From NCBI GenBank assembly GCA_026770705.1, contig JANJGN010000502.1, forward strand, positions 310,001-374,000: a stretch of DNA of 64,000 nt. Reading direction: 5' to 3'. The notes beneath the pieces were generated by a model. The model ran no database searches, was not told where the DNA came from, and saw nothing but the letters and a program-made list of their open reading frames with translations. Of the stretch, positions 62,343 to 64,000 are shown in pieces. Both the position numbers and the translations under genes were made by a program. The first letter of the stretch is position 1. The number at the start of each line of letters is the position of its first letter. The DNA comes from Isurus oxyrinchus (lineage: Eukaryota).

Positions 62343-62425
62343 TTGGCAATGGTGGGATTAAAATCGAAAACTTAATAGGAACTGCTTCTTAAATCCAGAG
62401 CCTGAGACCATTTGCATACGCTACT
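62343..62425 (-). pseudogene. tRNA-Leu pseudogene, highly decayed
   Basis: GTAGCGT...GGTCTCAGGCTCTGGATTTAAG...AATCCCACCATTGCCA. Confidence 0.5.
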
Positions 62426-63699
62426 GCTGGCAATATGAAAATAACCATTGCCTTGATAGGTAACGGTACTGAATTAGAACATAACAAATAGCAACAGGAA
62501 TAGACCATTTTGTCTTTCGAGCCCCTCACAGTACCATCAAATCAGACCCAAAAACAACATATAGAGACCATTCAGCCGGGTCAGAGGAACATAGCCCATT
62601 CAGCCCTTTGACCCTGCTCCACCACTCAATAAGATCAAGGCTGATCTGATTGTGGTCTCAACTCCACTTTCCTGTCTGTCTGTCTGTCCCCCCCACCCAA
62701 CGCCCTCACAACCCCCCATAACCATTGACTCCCTTGACAATGAAAAATCTGTCTAAATCAGCCTTGAATAAATTCAGTGACCCAGCCTCCACTACTTTCC
62801 TCAGGCTAACGACCCTCTGAAAAAAAAAAATGTCCTCATCCTCGTCTTACTCTTCTGGAACTAACTCACCAGGTCCCTCTCCCCCGCCTTTTCCCTGGAC
62901 ATGCTGCAGCTTTTGGTCCAATTCCCCTTTGAATTCCATGACTGAATCTGCCATCCCCACACTCTCTATCTAACCCAGCCGCCAGATCCATCCCTCCCAG
63001 GTCGCCATGTGGAAATGCATGGTGACCCTGCACTAAAGAACAGGTCCCAGACATACTCAGCTACTTAACATAAGAACAACATGAAGTGATTATTGTGGAA
63101 AATTGAATGAGACAACATTTTAAATCATCAAGACATTGACACACACTCCTTAGATAAACTGACTTTCAAACTATCAGGGTAGAATTAAACACGCTGGTAC
63201 CTTTCAGAAGGAGTAAAATTAAAGTGATGAGGGGAATAGAATCTGGATTTAGAAAATATCCACAAGGTGGATGCAGGTGAACAGAGAGTTGGAGAATCTT
63301 TAAAGTTCATGCATGAACTTTTGTTTGACCCAGATGTATTTACAACATGCCAATAATTTAGAATTGTGAGAGATGATCGGAAGGTGGCAGCTCAAGGGTT
63401 TGTGTTGCTGATTCTGATAATTCTAGTAGCTTTAGTATGTTATCCACGGTTTGCCATCAAAAAATTAGGAAAACAAGCTGGTAGCTTAGAAGTAGTGAGC
63501 TTAGCCAAAAATCAGTTGTGAGAAGTCAATAAGAATATTCCCTTCTCAAAGTGGGGCGATCTGTAAGAAATCACTATCTAATAACCTTATAAAATCTTCA
63601 GAAATGTATTGAATATTATAGGAATGGCTCTTCCTCCCCCTCTCTCTCTCTTAGTTAGGAACAAAGATTCCTGGCTTGACAAACATAGGGCAACACATC

Positions 63700-64000
63700 C
63701 CAATGTTACCTCATAGGGATGGGCTCAGGAGTTAAGAAATTGAACTTGTACTGGTGAGTGAAGACAATGGTTTTGATTTTCTCAGCTCTTAAAAGGAGCA
63801 AGTTTCTACTCATCCAGCACTTGATGTGGAATAAGCAGCTTGATAATTTAGGAACAGTGGAGGAATGGAGAGGGAAAGTGCTGAGGTTGAGCTGAGCATT
63901 GTCAGTTTCCATGTGAAAATTAATACAGTGCTTTTGGATGATGTCGCCTAGTGGTAGCATGTCGATAAGAAATAGGAGGGATCAAGTATAGATCCTGTTT
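63700..64000 (-). mobile_element. L2-clade LINE RT fragment
   Basis: LYLIPPISYRHATTRRH / MLPLGDIIQKHCINFHMETDNAQL resembles the L2 LPLGxIIxKHxxxFHxYADDTQL region. Confidence 0.7.

Overview
Cartilaginous-fish (shark-type) genomic DNA. The left half (~9.3-33.4 kb, + strand) holds one complete, unrearranged immunoglobulin heavy-chain cluster: leader-VH-D1-D2-JH with intact 23/12-22/12-12/23 RSSs, Cmu1-Cmu4 with secretory tail, TM1 and TM2. It is a pseudogene as assembled, with a VH frameshift, a Cmu2 nonsense codon and a Cmu3 frameshift. D, J and C are IgM-type, but the VH looks IgW-like. The J-C intron carries a young 4-kb palindromic Penelope-like retroelement (RT + GIY-YIG) with a 14-bp TSD and minimal hammerhead-ribozyme motifs; smaller elements of the same design lie at 13.1 and 46.8-48.1 kb. 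The right half (~36.9-62.4 kb) is a field of ~30 mostly decayed tRNA genes (Ser, Glu, Lys, Asn, Val, Thr, Leu) built by direct and inverted segmental duplication, including a 65-bp minisatellite made from a tRNA-Val. The rest is CR1/L2 LINE debris, microsatellites and four N gaps. Family assignments are from recalled consensus sequences; no search was run.
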